Assembly: GCA_021798985.1 (NCBI GenBank)
Contig: JAJZBI010000001.1
Span: forward strand, 194,444-258,443
Reading direction: 5' to 3'
Length of the DNA: 64,000 nucleotides
Origin: Actinomycetes bacterium
Lineage (GTDB): Bacteria > Actinomycetota > Acidimicrobiia > Acidimicrobiales > Bog-793
The first letter of the stretch is position 1. The number at the start of each line of letters is the position of its first letter. Positions 19,418-29,197 of this stretch are shown here, in pieces. A program made the position numbers and the translations under genes. The notes under the pieces are model-generated. The model saw only the letters and a list, made by a program, of their open reading frames with translations. It did no database searches and had not been told where the DNA came from.

Positions 19418-21104
19418 ATCGCCGCTCGGCATAGAAGGGGCGCAGCTTGAGGCGCACGGGGGGCAGGTGCCCATACAGGAGCATCGCCTCCCCGAGCGGC
19501 AGCCTGCGGATGGCGTCGGCGGGGGCGAGCGCAGCGGTGCTCGGGCTGAACGTGGTGCTGCGCCGGCCCTCGCCGTCGACGCTCGTGCTCTCACTCCAGC
19601 GCTCCTGCTCGCCGGCGAGCTGGCGGACGTGCTCGAGGGTCGCCGGATCGGCGACGCCCGAGCAGATGAGCTTCGCCCGGTGGTTGTTCACAACGGTGGC
19701 CGCCCGCGGCCCGTAGCGCGCCTGCACCTGTGCGAGGTCCTGCCACAGCGTCACGAGCTGCACGCCGTGGGCGGCGGCCGTGGCGGCCACGGCGTCGAGG
19801 TTGGCGAGCGGCGCGATGTTCGCGGCCTCGTCCAACACGACGAGCAGCGGCGGATCCAGCGGTGCGCCGCGACGCGCCGACTCGCTGAAGGCGGCATCGA
19901 GGAAGCTCCGCAGCAAGGTGACGAACACGGGCTGCAAGCGCTCTTGCTCGTGAGCGGGAGCGACGAGATAGCAGGTGTCGCTGCGTCCGCTCGCCACGAC
20001 GCTGACGGGGTCGATGTCGCTGCCGCTCGCGGAGGCCAACACGAGCGGATCGGCGAACGCCGCGAGGATCGTCTCGGTCGTCGCGTAGACCGAGCTGCGC
20101 TGGCGCTCGTCGCGCCGCGCGCTCGCGCCGAAGGCCCGCCGTGGCGCATCACCGGCGCCCATGGCCAAGATGGCGTCCACCTCGTCGATCTCCTCGGTGT
20201 CGACCCAGCGCACGACGTCGCAGATCGAGGCTCCGGCGAGCGCCGCTGCGTGCAGCAACGGCGCCAGCAGCTTCTCGGCGGTCGCGTACCAGAACGCGCC
20301 ATCCTCCAGGCCGCCGCCGGCTCGGGCGACCGAGCAGAGCGCCGCCGCCACCCGCCGCGCCCCAGCCCAACTCACCGCGTCCGCGAGCGGCGACCAGGTG
20401 TCGCCCGGCACCCCGCTCACCCCGGTCGGGTCGTAGACGAAGACACGGCCGCGCGCCGCGCGCGCCGCGCTCGTCGCGCGCACGAGATCGCTCTTCACGC
20501 TGGCGGCCACGGCGGGTCCGTGCCAGTCGAGCAGGGCCGGGATCGCAAGACCGCTCGTCTTGCCGGACTGGGTCGGCCCGGCGACGAGCAGCGAGTGGTT
20601 GCGCTCGACGGCAATCAGCCGGCCGGCCACCCGGCCCACGACGATCCGGCCCACCGGTGCCGACGCGACGAGCAAGGGGGCAAGGTCGCTCCGGCGCGCC
20701 CAACGCGCCCCGTTGTCGCGCACCGACCGAGATGGCCGCCGCACGGCTCGAGCACCCCGTGCGGCGCCCACCGCCATCGCCGCGACCGCGACCGAGGCGG
20801 CGAGCACGAATGACAGCGCGAGCCAGCAATCTGCCGCCCGGGCCGCCGATGACGCCCCGATCGCGTGCAGCGCGCTCGGCAGGTCCAAGTGATCGGCCAC
20901 GAGCGTCCCAGTCAGTCGCGGCACCTCCGCGAGGTCGAGGAACGGGCGCGGCCTGCCGGCCAAGGTGCCCGCTATCCCGGCAACCAACCAGCCGCACAGA
21001 CCGACGAGCGCGGCGAGGCCGAGGACCCCCGCCATGACGGCGGTGAGCGCGCGGTCGCCAGCTGGCGCGGGGCCGGCCCGCCGGGGCTGGGGAGTCGGCG
21101 TCAT
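19284..21104 (-). CDS. VirD4/TraG-like type IV coupling protein
   Basis: N-terminal TMs, GARWA, Walker A GPTQSGKT, DPTG, WSPL, Walker B LVVLDEAAN, QDLAQVQARYG. Confidence 0.9.
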   Translation of the reverse strand: MTPTPQPRRAGPAPAGDRALTAVMAGVLGLAALVGLCGWLVAGIAGTLAGRPRPFLDLAEVPRLTGTLVADHLDLPSALHAIGASSAARAADCWLALSFVLAASVAVAAMAVGAARGARAVRRPSRSVRDNGARWARRSDLAPLLVASAPVGRIVVGRVAGRLIAVERNHSLLVAGPTQSGKTSGLAIPALLDWHGPAVAASVKSDLVRATSAARAARGRVFVYDPTGVSGVPGDTWSPLADAVSWAGARRVAAALCSVARAGGGLEDGAFWYATAEKLLAPLLHAAALAGASICDVVRWVDTEEIDEVDAILAMGAGDAPRRAFGASARRDERQRSSVYATTETILAAFADPLVLASASGSDIDPVSVVASGRSDTCYLVAPAHEQERLQPVFVTLLRSFLDAAFSESARRGAPLDPPLLVVLDEAANIAPLANLDAVAATAAAHGVQLVTLWQDLAQVQARYGPRAATVVNNHRAKLICSGVADPATLEHVRQLAGEQERWSESTSVDGEGRRSTTFSPSTAALAPADAIRRLPLGEAMLLYGHLPPVRLKLRPFYAERRFKSSARRASAGLGPAAAGARARGSPARPRVPTRHRRVGGSGGRC

Positions 21105-22339
21105 CGCTGGGCTCCGCGCAGCGCGGCATCGGTGTCAACGAGCGACCGCTCGAGCGGGCTGAGCCGGTGCTCGACGAGGTGCGACCGGGCGCCGACGCGC
21201 CACAGCGCCGTCCCCCGCGGAAGGCGGGCGAGGGATCCTGCCTCCCGACGCCCGAGCCCGAGCGCCCGCTCGGCGGCGCCGACCTCCGCCGGGGCTTGAG
21301 CAAAGCACACGACGGTCTCGGAGTCGGCGAGCAGCCCCTCGGCGACCTGTGCCGCCACGCTCCCCCGTTCGCCAGCCGCGGCAAGATCCGAAACACGATG
21401 CACGACGGCGATGTTGGCGACGCCGTTCGCCCTTGCCAACTTCCATGATGACTGCAAGAAGCGCGCCACTCCGAGGTCGCCGAGCACGGCCCAGGCCTCG
21501 TCCACCACGAGCAGGCTCTGCTGGCCGCGCCGACTCGCCACCTTCCAGATCGGCTCGAGCGCCGCGATGGTGCAGGCGACGAGGGCCGGCAGCGCGCTCG
21601 AGCGGAAGAGCGCCGAGAGATCGACGACGAGGGCGGTTGCGTCGAGGCGCAGCCCGGGGCTCGTCGCGTCGTCGAACATGCCGCGCAGCTCGCCGTGGAC
21701 GAGGCGACGAAGCCCGAGCGCCAGCGAGCGGGTCTCCTCGGCGAGGGCCCGCCGCCCCGTGCCGAGCGTCCGAGCGGCCGCTTGGCTCGGCTCGAGGAGC
21801 GCCGCGACGACCTCCTTGACGGTCGGCACGCCGCGCGCGGCGCGGGTCGCCTCGTCGAGCGCGGCCTCGAGCCCTCCGTGCTCGACCGGGGCGAGCGGGC
21901 GCTCGAGGCAGGTCGTCGCCAGGCTCGACAGCAGTGCCAGGCGTCGGCCCGCGGCGTCATCACCCGTTGCCACCTCGAGCGGATTGAGCCGAACCGTTCC
22001 CGCCGGGCGCAGGGCGATCGGCTGAGCGCCGAGCGCCTCGGCGAGCGCGCCGTACTCCCCCTTTGGGTCGAGCACGACGATTCGCCGGCCGAATGCCGCA
22101 TGGCGATAGCAGTAGGTCTTGACGAGCGCGCTCTTGCCCCGACCGATCTGACCGAGCACGAGCAGGTTCGGGTTGGTCACGACGCCCGCGCCGTAGAGGG
22201 CGAACGGGTCGTGCACGAAGGCGCCGCCATGGAGGTCCCGGCCGACGAGCACGCCGTGGCGAAGCAGGGGGCGGCTCGCCATGAAGGGAAAGGCGCCGCC
22301 GAGCTGGGCCGTGGTCGCCTCGTGGGCGGGCGCTTTCAT
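21101..22339 (-). CDS. VirB4-like ATPase (C-terminal ATPase half)
   Basis: HEATTAQLGGAFPF, GQIGRGKS, DPKGEY, RLNPLE, LVVDEAW, KLARANG. Confidence 0.88.
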   Translation of the reverse strand: MKAPAHEATTAQLGGAFPFMASRPLLRHGVLVGRDLHGGAFVHDPFALYGAGVVTNPNLLVLGQIGRGKSALVKTYCYRHAAFGRRIVVLDPKGEYGALAEALGAQPIALRPAGTVRLNPLEVATGDDAAGRRLALLSSLATTCLERPLAPVEHGGLEAALDEATRAARGVPTVKEVVAALLEPSQAAARTLGTGRRALAEETRSLALGLRRLVHGELRGMFDDATSPGLRLDATALVVDLSALFRSSALPALVACTIAALEPIWKVASRRGQQSLLVVDEAWAVLGDLGVARFLQSSWKLARANGVANIAVVHRVSDLAAAGERGSVAAQVAEGLLADSETVVCFAQAPAEVGAAERALGLGRREAGSLARLPRGTALWRVGARSHLVEHRLSPLERSLVDTDAALRGAQR

Positions 22340-23697
22340 GCGCACCCCCGTCCGAGCGGCAAGGCGGTCACCATGGCCTCGTCGTGCTCCCCATCGAGAC
22401 GCCGCAGGTCGAGTCGCGCCACGGCGCCGAGCTGTTCGAGGCGACCGCAGGCGCTCTCGAGCTCGTCGGGCGTCTCGGCGCTGACGGTGAGATATCCCGA
22501 GAAGCGGTAGCCGGCGTGCCCGGCGGCAAGCTCCAGCTCCCGGCGGGTGACCGCCTCGTCCTCTCGATGCGCTCGCGCCGAGACGGCAAAACCGTGCCGG
22601 CGCTTCAGCTCGGCGTCAGCCACCCGGGAAGTCCGGGCCTGCTCGGCGGCCCGCTGGGCCGCAAGCGCCGGCACCGGAGCCATGACGAGCGAGATGGTCC
22701 GGCGCTCGGCGCCAGAGAGCACCAGGGGCGCCAAGAAGTCGCTCCCGACCTCTTGGCGCGGCCACTCCGCCACCCAGTAGCTGGCGTGCCACATGCCGCC
22801 AGCCCTCACGCGGTCCCAGCGCCGTTCGCCGATGCTGGGCCACGGGGCGCTCGTACCGAAGCGGTCGTTCGGCCGAGCTTCGCCAAAGCGGCGGACGAGC
22901 CGGGCGAGCGCGTCTGCCGACAGCGGCCCGGTGGGTGACAGCCCCGCCGCCCGGCACCGCTCGGCGAGGGCGTCGAGCTCGTCGCCGAGGAGCCCGGCCC
23001 GCTCGGTGGACAGGCCGCGGATCAGGCGGAGGCTCCGGATCGACAGGACGAGCACCAGCTCGTGGGTGCTCGTGGTGCGCTCGGCTCGGACGAGCGCGGC
23101 ATACGATGCCCGCGCGCCGGCCAGGGCGTCGCCCGACATCGGCGCCGCGACAAGCCCGGGGGGGGCGAGGGCGGGATGCACACGCTCGATCCACTGGATC
23201 CGGTGCACGACCGCCGCTCGCTCGGCGAGCGCGTCGAGGACGGCGCACCACGCGCCCACCCGCTGGCTCCTGGCCGCGTCATCGAGAAGGACAAAGGGAA
23301 CCTCGCCGACGGCAAGCGCCGCGCTCGCAGTGCCGTGGGCCGGGTCGAGCACGACCCCGAAGCGGCGACCCAAGACATCGGCGTCGACCACCTGCTCGCC
23401 ACCCGGGCCGCGCCGGGCGAACGGCCGCCGCTCGCCGCGCCGGCGGCGAAGGAGGAACCTGGCGACGACGGGAGCCCACTCTTCGGTACTCCGACCCCTG
23501 ATGGGGAGCCAGACGATGCCGGCCGCAACCAGGACGAGCACCGTCGCGCCAGCGAGCCCCACCGGGCGTTGGCTGCGGACGAGCAGCACCGCGGCGACCA
23601 GCGCCACCCCGAGGACGACGAGCTGACCGGTGCGCTGACCAGCGACCAGTCCACGCCGATCTCTCGGGCCGAAGCGGTAGCGCGCTCCCTCACTCAT
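22336..23697 (-). CDS. SCO6880-like/PrgI-like membrane protein of conjugation clusters
   Basis: YRFGPRDRRG, two TMs, YWVAEWPR, ELAAGH, GYLTVSA; ATGA-coupled to the VirB4-like gene. Confidence 0.75.
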   Translation of the reverse strand: MSEGARYRFGPRDRRGLVAGQRTGQLVVLGVALVAAVLLVRSQRPVGLAGATVLVLVAAGIVWLPIRGRSTEEWAPVVARFLLRRRRGERRPFARRGPGGEQVVDADVLGRRFGVVLDPAHGTASAALAVGEVPFVLLDDAARSQRVGAWCAVLDALAERAAVVHRIQWIERVHPALAPPGLVAAPMSGDALAGARASYAALVRAERTTSTHELVLVLSIRSLRLIRGLSTERAGLLGDELDALAERCRAAGLSPTGPLSADALARLVRRFGEARPNDRFGTSAPWPSIGERRWDRVRAGGMWHASYWVAEWPRQEVGSDFLAPLVLSGAERRTISLVMAPVPALAAQRAAEQARTSRVADAELKRRHGFAVSARAHREDEAVTRRELELAAGHAGYRFSGYLTVSAETPDELESACGRLEQLGAVARLDLRRLDGEHDEAMVTALPLGRGCA

Positions 23698-24829
23698 CAG
23701 GTGCCTCGTCGTCGTCCCAGGCTGCGCCGGCGCTGGCGCGTCGCTCGGCGGCGCGCTGTTTGAGCTCGTCGATCCGTTCCTTCAGGATCGGGTCGTCGAG
23801 CCCGATGTCCATGCCGTCCTCGTTGGTCGCCCAGGGGATGAGATCGATCGGCGACGGCTCTTCGGCCGCTCGCGGTCGGGCGGTGAGATAGCTGAACCCA
23901 TAGCCAGCGCCCACGACCGCGCGCGAGGCGCGTCGGCCCAGTCCCTCGAACGCGGCGAGGGACTGGCCGTCGACGAGCGGGATCAGGCGGAACAAGGTCA
24001 AGGGGGACAAGACGGCGAGGGCGAGAAGCGCCAAGGCCTGGAACGCCCCGGTGAGCCCGCCAGCCGGGCGCGCCGTATCGGCCGCCAGCACCAAGACCGC
24101 CACGACCACGAGCTTGCTCAGCACCAATGCGGCGATCGTCTCGGCAAGGCGCCTCGCCCAGTGGGCCGTCGCGTCCCACACGATCCCGACCAGCGCGAGT
24201 GGAAGGAACAGCGTCGCGAGGCTGATCGCCGCCGAGCGGAAGGCCAGCTCGAACCAGAGCACCGCGGCGACGAGGACCGCGAGGCCGGCGATAAACACCC
24301 CGGCGAACGAGCCCATGACCTGGTGCATCGCGCCCGGTCCCGACAACAGCGTCGTGAGGTTGGTAAGCAGCTGGGAAAGCGACGGCTCGCCGTGTACGAG
24401 CAATGCGCTCGAGGCCTCGTCGGTGAGCGTCATGACGAGCGAGACGAGCGCGGTCGCCGCGGCCGACAGCAACACCGCCACCGGCAAGCGCAAGAAAGCG
24501 GCCCGGAGCAGTCTGCGGAGGTCGTGGCGCATGAGCGCCTGCAGCGCCGCGAGGAGGAGGAAGGGCAGCGCCACCAGCTCGGCGATATGGACCATCTCGT
24601 CAAATGCCATCGCGAACCCGGCGCCAAAGTCCGGCCGCCCGGCCGCGCCGAGTGAGGTCCCGAGCTGGTCGATGAGCCCGACGGCCCCCTGGATGACAAA
24701 GCGTGTGAGGAAGCCGAAGAACTCAGCGACAAGGCCCACACCCGTCGGGAGCGGGGAGATCGGGCCAAGGCCGCCGATTGGGGAGGGGTGGAGGGGGACC
24801 GACCCTCCCAAGGTGAAGAGCCCCGCCAC
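23690..24829 (-). CDS. VirB6/TrbL-like polytopic membrane protein
   Basis: About 7 TMs, LWFELAFRSAAI...FLPLAL...W...WARRL pattern; operon position. Confidence 0.7.
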   Translation of the reverse strand: MAGLFTLGGSVPLHPSPIGGLGPISPLPTGVGLVAEFFGFLTRFVIQGAVGLIDQLGTSLGAAGRPDFGAGFAMAFDEMVHIAELVALPFLLLAALQALMRHDLRRLLRAAFLRLPVAVLLSAAATALVSLVMTLTDEASSALLVHGEPSLSQLLTNLTTLLSGPGAMHQVMGSFAGVFIAGLAVLVAAVLWFELAFRSAAISLATLFLPLALVGIVWDATAHWARRLAETIAALVLSKLVVVAVLVLAADTARPAGGLTGAFQALALLALAVLSPLTLFRLIPLVDGQSLAAFEGLGRRASRAVVGAGYGFSYLTARPRAAEEPSPIDLIPWATNEDGMDIGLDDPILKERIDELKQRAAERRASAGAAWDDDEAPDE

Positions 24830-24830
24830 C

Positions 24831-25157
24831 TCAATTCACCCGCTGGCCGGCGGCGAAGAAGAAGTTGAGGATCGTCGGTGCGGCACCGATGACGAGCGCC
24901 GCGGCGGCCGAGACGAGCACCGCGCGCTTGCCGGTCGAGGTGTGCTGGTAGTTGTTCGTGTGCGCACCGAGCGCCCAGGTGGCAGCGCCGATGACGATGC
25001 CGGCCAAGGCGGCAAGCAGGCCCCACCAGCCGAGGCCGTTGACCAAGCTCTGCAGCACGTTGCCACCAGGTAGCCCAGACGAGTCGGGCGAGAACGAGAC
25101 GACGCCGCGAGCCAGCGCGGCGGCGACAGGGGGGACAGGGGCGAAGAGCAACTGCAT
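24831..25157 (-). CDS. VirB2/TrbC-like pilin (DUF6112-like)
   Basis: PDSSGLPGG, two hydrophobic helices separated by GKR; GGAGG RBS before ATG 25157. Confidence 0.72.
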   Translation of the reverse strand: MQLLFAPVPPVAAALARGVVSFSPDSSGLPGGNVLQSLVNGLGWWGLLAALAGIVIGAATWALGAHTNNYQHTSTGKRAVLVSAAAALVIGAAPTILNFFFAAGQRVN

Positions 25158-25453
25158 CGGGACCACCTCCGAGCGGCCGGTGACGCCGGCCGGTTGACAC
25201 CGGCGGACGCCGGTTGGACAGGACGGGCGGCGCAAGGGCTCGCCGAAGAGGCAGAAGCCTCAGTTCGGGGGGTGCGCGTTGGGCACCGACAAGCGCGGAC
25301 GAAACGTCCTCGGAGGCAGGCGAGAATCGCCTGCGGGCTGCACGATAGCCACGGCGCCCGCGCTTCCTCAAGGGCCAGGCTGTTCACCCTCGCGGACGCG
25401 AAGGCGCAGAGCTGCAATGCTGGAGTCGTGAGCAGGAACATCGGTCCGGCGCG

Positions 25454-26698
25454 ATGAAGGTCTCCTCGCTCGATCTCGCCGCTGCCAGCGCGATCGCCGT
25501 CGTCGTGTTCTTCGTTGCCTTTCTCCTCGGGGGACGTCGCGGGATCACGCCGCTGCGCCAGCGCCTCTCGGCGCTGGCCGCGCGCCTCGGCGCGAGCACC
25601 GCAGATCCCGATCCGCGCACCGTCGAAGAGGCCCTCACCCGCGTCGAGCGGGCGACCGATCGGGCCGCTGAAGCCGTGGCCGAGTCGAGTGCGGATGCCA
25701 TCCGCTTGCGGCGCGCACTGGACGCCCTGCCCCAGGCAGTGATCGTCTGCGACGAGCGAGGAGAGCCCGCCTTCCGCAACGCCCGAGCGATCGCCCTCAT
25801 GGGCAACCGCCACGGTGACGCCCTCGCCGCACAGGCAGTGGACGAGCTGCTCGCGAACACCGCGCCGGGCTCCTCGGAGGAGCGAACGCTCGAGCTCTAC
25901 GGCCCCCCGCGGCGCACCTTGAACGTCCGCACCCAGAGCCTGGACAACGGCCAACGCGCGCTCGGCGTGATCGCGGTGATCGAGGACGTCTCAGAGCGCC
26001 GTCGCCTGGAGGAGGTGCGGCGGGACTTCGTCGCCAACGTGAGCCACGAGCTGAAGACCCCAATGGGAGCGCTCGGGCTCCTCGCCGAGACCCTCCTCGC
26101 CGAGACCGAGCCGGAGGTCTCCCAGCGTCTCGCGCAGCGGATCCACACCGAGGCGTTCCGGATCTCTCGAATCATCGACGATCTGCTCGATCTCTCCCGC
26201 ATCGAGAGCGAGGAGTCACCGCCGCGCGAACCGGTGCTCGTGAACCTCGTCATGGCCGAAGCGGCCGAGCGCGTCCGCGCTGCAGCCGAGCAACGCAGCG
26301 TGGAGGTCGTGCTCGAGGAGCCTTCGCCGCCGGTCGCCGTCCTCGGCGACCGGCGTCAGCTCACCTCGGCGATCTACAACTTGCTCGAGAACGCCGTGAA
26401 GTTCTCCTACGAGGGTGGCACCGTCGAATGCCGGGGTGAGGCCACCGCGGACGAGGTCGCGATCACCGTCCGCGACAAGGGGATCGGCATTCCCGCGCGC
26501 GACCTCGAACGGATCTTCGAGCGCTTCTACCGCGTCGACCACGGCCGCAGCCGCTCGACGGGCGGGACCGGCCTCGGTCTCGCTATTGTCCGCCACGTCG
26601 CCCACAACCATCACGGCACGGTCCACGTCGATTCGCGCGAAGGCGAGGGCGCAACCTTCTCGCTGCGGCTTCCGCTGCAGCCACGAGCCGAGGGATGA
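25454..26698 (+). CDS. senX3: Sensor histidine kinase SenX3/PhoR
   Basis: RRDFVANVSHELKTP, NLLENAVKF, DKGIGI, FERFYRVD, GGTGLGL. Confidence 0.92.
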   Translation: MKVSSLDLAAASAIAVVVFFVAFLLGGRRGITPLRQRLSALAARLGASTADPDPRTVEEALTRVERATDRAAEAVAESSADAIRLRRALDALPQAVIVCDERGEPAFRNARAIALMGNRHGDALAAQAVDELLANTAPGSSEERTLELYGPPRRTLNVRTQSLDNGQRALGVIAVIEDVSERRRLEEVRRDFVANVSHELKTPMGALGLLAETLLAETEPEVSQRLAQRIHTEAFRISRIIDDLLDLSRIESEESPPREPVLVNLVMAEAAERVRAAAEQRSVEVVLEEPSPPVAVLGDRRQLTSAIYNLLENAVKFSYEGGTVECRGEATADEVAITVRDKGIGIPARDLERIFERFYRVDHGRSRSTGGTGLGLAIVRHVAHNHHGTVHVDSREGEGATFSLRLPLQPRAEG

Positions 26699-27498
26699 CG
26701 TTGACGGCGCTGAACGACTCAGCGACGAGTCTCGATGGGACGGTGCAGGTGCTCCTCGCCGAGGACGAGGAGTCCTTCGTCGATGCGCTCGTCGTCGGCC
26801 TGGAACGTGAGGGGTTTCGCGTCACCGTCGCCCGCGACGGCGCCGAGGCGCTCGAGCGCTTCGACTCCGAGCCGTTCGACCTTGTCTTGCTGGACGTGAT
26901 GCTGCCCAAGATGTCCGGCCTCGACGTCTGCAGGAGCATCCGCACCCGCTCAGCGGTCCCGATCATCATGGTCACGGCAAAATCCACCGAGATCGACACG
27001 GTCGTCGGCCTCGAGGTCGGCGCCGACGACTACGTGGCCAAGCCCTACCGGCTCCGCGAGCTGGTCTCGCGCATGCGGGCGGTCCTGCGCCGCATGCCGC
27101 GCGAGGCGATCCGGGCCGAGGAGTATCCGACGGGTGCCATCCCGGCGGTCCAGCTGCCTCCACTGCCGGCTTCGCCACCGCCCGACACCGCCCTCGAGGT
27201 CGGCGAGGTCCGCCTCGACCCCGAGCGGCACGAGTGCACCGTGCGCGGCATCGAGGTGCAGCTTCCTTTGAAGGAATTCGAGCTGCTCGAGCAGCTGCTG
27301 ACGAGCGCTGGCCGGGTCGTGACGCGGGACTCCTTGATCGACCGCGTCTGGGGCGAGGACTACGTCGGCGACACGAAGACCCTCGACGTCCACATCAAAC
27401 GCCTGAGATCTCGCATCGAGGAAGACCCGTCCAAGCCACGGCTCATCACGACCATCCGCGGCCTCGGCTACCGCTTCGAGGCGCCGCGCGGACGGTGA
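26695..27498 (+). CDS. regX3: OmpR-family response regulator RegX3/PhoP
   Basis: LLDVMLP, LPLKEFELL, LIDRVWGEDYVGDTKTLDVHIKRLR. Confidence 0.93.
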   Translation: MTLTALNDSATSLDGTVQVLLAEDEESFVDALVVGLEREGFRVTVARDGAEALERFDSEPFDLVLLDVMLPKMSGLDVCRSIRTRSAVPIIMVTAKSTEIDTVVGLEVGADDYVAKPYRLRELVSRMRAVLRRMPREAIRAEEYPTGAIPAVQLPPLPASPPPDTALEVGEVRLDPERHECTVRGIEVQLPLKEFELLEQLLTSAGRVVTRDSLIDRVWGEDYVGDTKTLDVHIKRLRSRIEEDPSKPRLITTIRGLGYRFEAPRGR

Positions 27499-27500
27499 CG

Positions 27501-28445
27501 ATGGAATCGATCGCAGTCAGCCAGCTCTCGGTCCACCGACGGGGCGTCCTCGCCGTCGATTCGGTCTCCTTTACTGCGCGCGCCGGCGAGGTGACCGTCC
27601 TGCTCGGCCCGAACGGGGCGGGGAAAACGACGACGGTCGAGACCCTCGAGGGCTACCTGCGCCCGGACCGAGGCAGCGTGCGCGTGCTCGGGCTCGACCC
27701 AGCCCATCAGCGCGCCGAGCTCACCCCGACGCTTGGCGTGATGCTCCAAGAGGGCGGCATCTACCCCCCGATGACGTCGGCGCGGGCGATCTCGCTGTTC
27801 GCGTCCTACTACGCCAACCCGCTTGGGGTGGACGAGCTGCTCGGCATCGTCGGGCTCAGCGAGGTCGCCGGGGTGCCGGCGAAGCGGCTCTCGGGCGGCC
27901 AGCGGCGACGGCTCGCGCTCGCGCTCGCACTGGTCGGGCGCCCGCGCGTGGTCTTCCTCGACGAGCCCACCGCTGGCGTCGACCCCGAGGGGCGGTTGGC
28001 CATCCGCGGCGTCATCGAGCAGCTGCGCGGCGAGGGCGTCTGCATTCTGCTCACCACGCATGAGCTCGAGGAAGCCGAACGCCTCGCCGACCATCTCGTG
28101 CTGTTGCGCGCCGGCACGATCGTGGCCGACGGGACACCAGCCGAGCTGCTCGGCGGTGCCGACGAGATCCGCTTCGCGGCCGCAGTCGGTCTGCCGACCG
28201 AGGAGCTGGCCGCCCGCCTCGGTGCCGCCGTCCGCGAGGAGCGGCCGGGCGAGTATCGGGTCGCCAGAGCGCCGGATCCCGCGGCGCTCGCCGGGGTCAC
28301 GACGTGGCTCGCCGAGCGGGGCGTGGCGCTCGATGAGCTGCGTGGCGGCAGGCGGCGGCTCGAGGAGGTCTTCCTCGAGCTGCTCGTCGAGGAGGCTCAG
28401 CCCCGCGAGGCGGCGCCCGGTCGCCGGGGAAGGCGGCGCCGATGA
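27501..28445 (+). CDS. ABC transporter ATP-binding protein
   Basis: GPNGAGKT, LSGGQ, FLDEPTAG. Confidence 0.92.
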   Translation: MESIAVSQLSVHRRGVLAVDSVSFTARAGEVTVLLGPNGAGKTTTVETLEGYLRPDRGSVRVLGLDPAHQRAELTPTLGVMLQEGGIYPPMTSARAISLFASYYANPLGVDELLGIVGLSEVAGVPAKRLSGGQRRRLALALALVGRPRVVFLDEPTAGVDPEGRLAIRGVIEQLRGEGVCILLTTHELEEAERLADHLVLLRAGTIVADGTPAELLGGADEIRFAAAVGLPTEELAARLGAAVREERPGEYRVARAPDPAALAGVTTWLAERGVALDELRGGRRRLEEVFLELLVEEAQPREAAPGRRGRRRR

Positions 28446-29173
28446 ATACGAATGCCCTGCTGGCGCAGAGCCGTGAGGAGATTCGGATGACCCTTGAGCA
28501 GGGCGAACGGCTGCTGCTCACCTTCGTCATCCCGATCCTCGGCTTGATCTTGTTCTCAGAAACGCCGATCGTCTCGACGGGCACCTCGAGCCGCGTGGAG
28601 TTCTTTGCGCCGAGCGCGCTGGCACTTGCGGTGATGTCGACGGCCATGGTGAACCTCGCCGTGGCCACCGGCTTCGAGCGCTCCTGGGGGGTCTTGAAGC
28701 GGCTTGGCACCACACCCCTCACCCCAGGCGCCTTGCTCGCCGCCAAGGCGGTCGCTGTGATCGTGGTCGAACTGGTCCAGACGATCGTGCTGCTCGGCAT
28801 TGCCCTCGGGCTCGGCTGGCGGCCCCACGCCGGGGCGGGCGTGGCCGTCGGGGCGGCACTGCTCGCCACCGTGGCCTTCGCCGGGCTCGGCTTCTTGATG
28901 GCCGGCACGCTGCGGGCCGAAGCCACGCTCGCCGTCGCGAACGGCCTGTACGTCGTCTTTCTCGGGATCTCGGGGATGATGTTCCCCCTCTCGCGCCTTG
29001 GCGGGTTCGCCGACGTTGCCCGCCTCCTGCCGCCGACCGCGCTCGCCGACGCCCTCCATCCCGCGCTGGGCTCCGGCGCCGGGGTACCTGCCGAAGCCTG
29101 GATTGTGCTCGCTGCCTGGGCAGTTGTCGCCCCTGCGCTCGCTGCCTGGCGCTTCCGCTTCGCCACGGACTGA
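28442..29173 (+). CDS. ABC-2 type permease
   Basis: GFERSWGVLKRLGTTPL, LRAEATLAVAN; 6 TMs. Confidence 0.88.
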   Translation: MNTNALLAQSREEIRMTLEQGERLLLTFVIPILGLILFSETPIVSTGTSSRVEFFAPSALALAVMSTAMVNLAVATGFERSWGVLKRLGTTPLTPGALLAAKAVAVIVVELVQTIVLLGIALGLGWRPHAGAGVAVGAALLATVAFAGLGFLMAGTLRAEATLAVANGLYVVFLGISGMMFPLSRLGGFADVARLLPPTALADALHPALGSGAGVPAEAWIVLAAWAVVAPALAAWRFRFATD

Positions 29174-29197
29174 CCCGGCTCCTAGCATGGACTGACG

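Noticed and set aside
25297-25309. GGACGAAAC resembling a hammerhead ribozyme core
   Set aside because: No CTGANGA element nearby; it is a simple hairpin.
25160-25450. c-di-AMP (ydaO) or other known riboswitch
   Set aside because: Conserved elements (GCTGAATC, GGGGAACC, CCCGTCAGCT) are absent.
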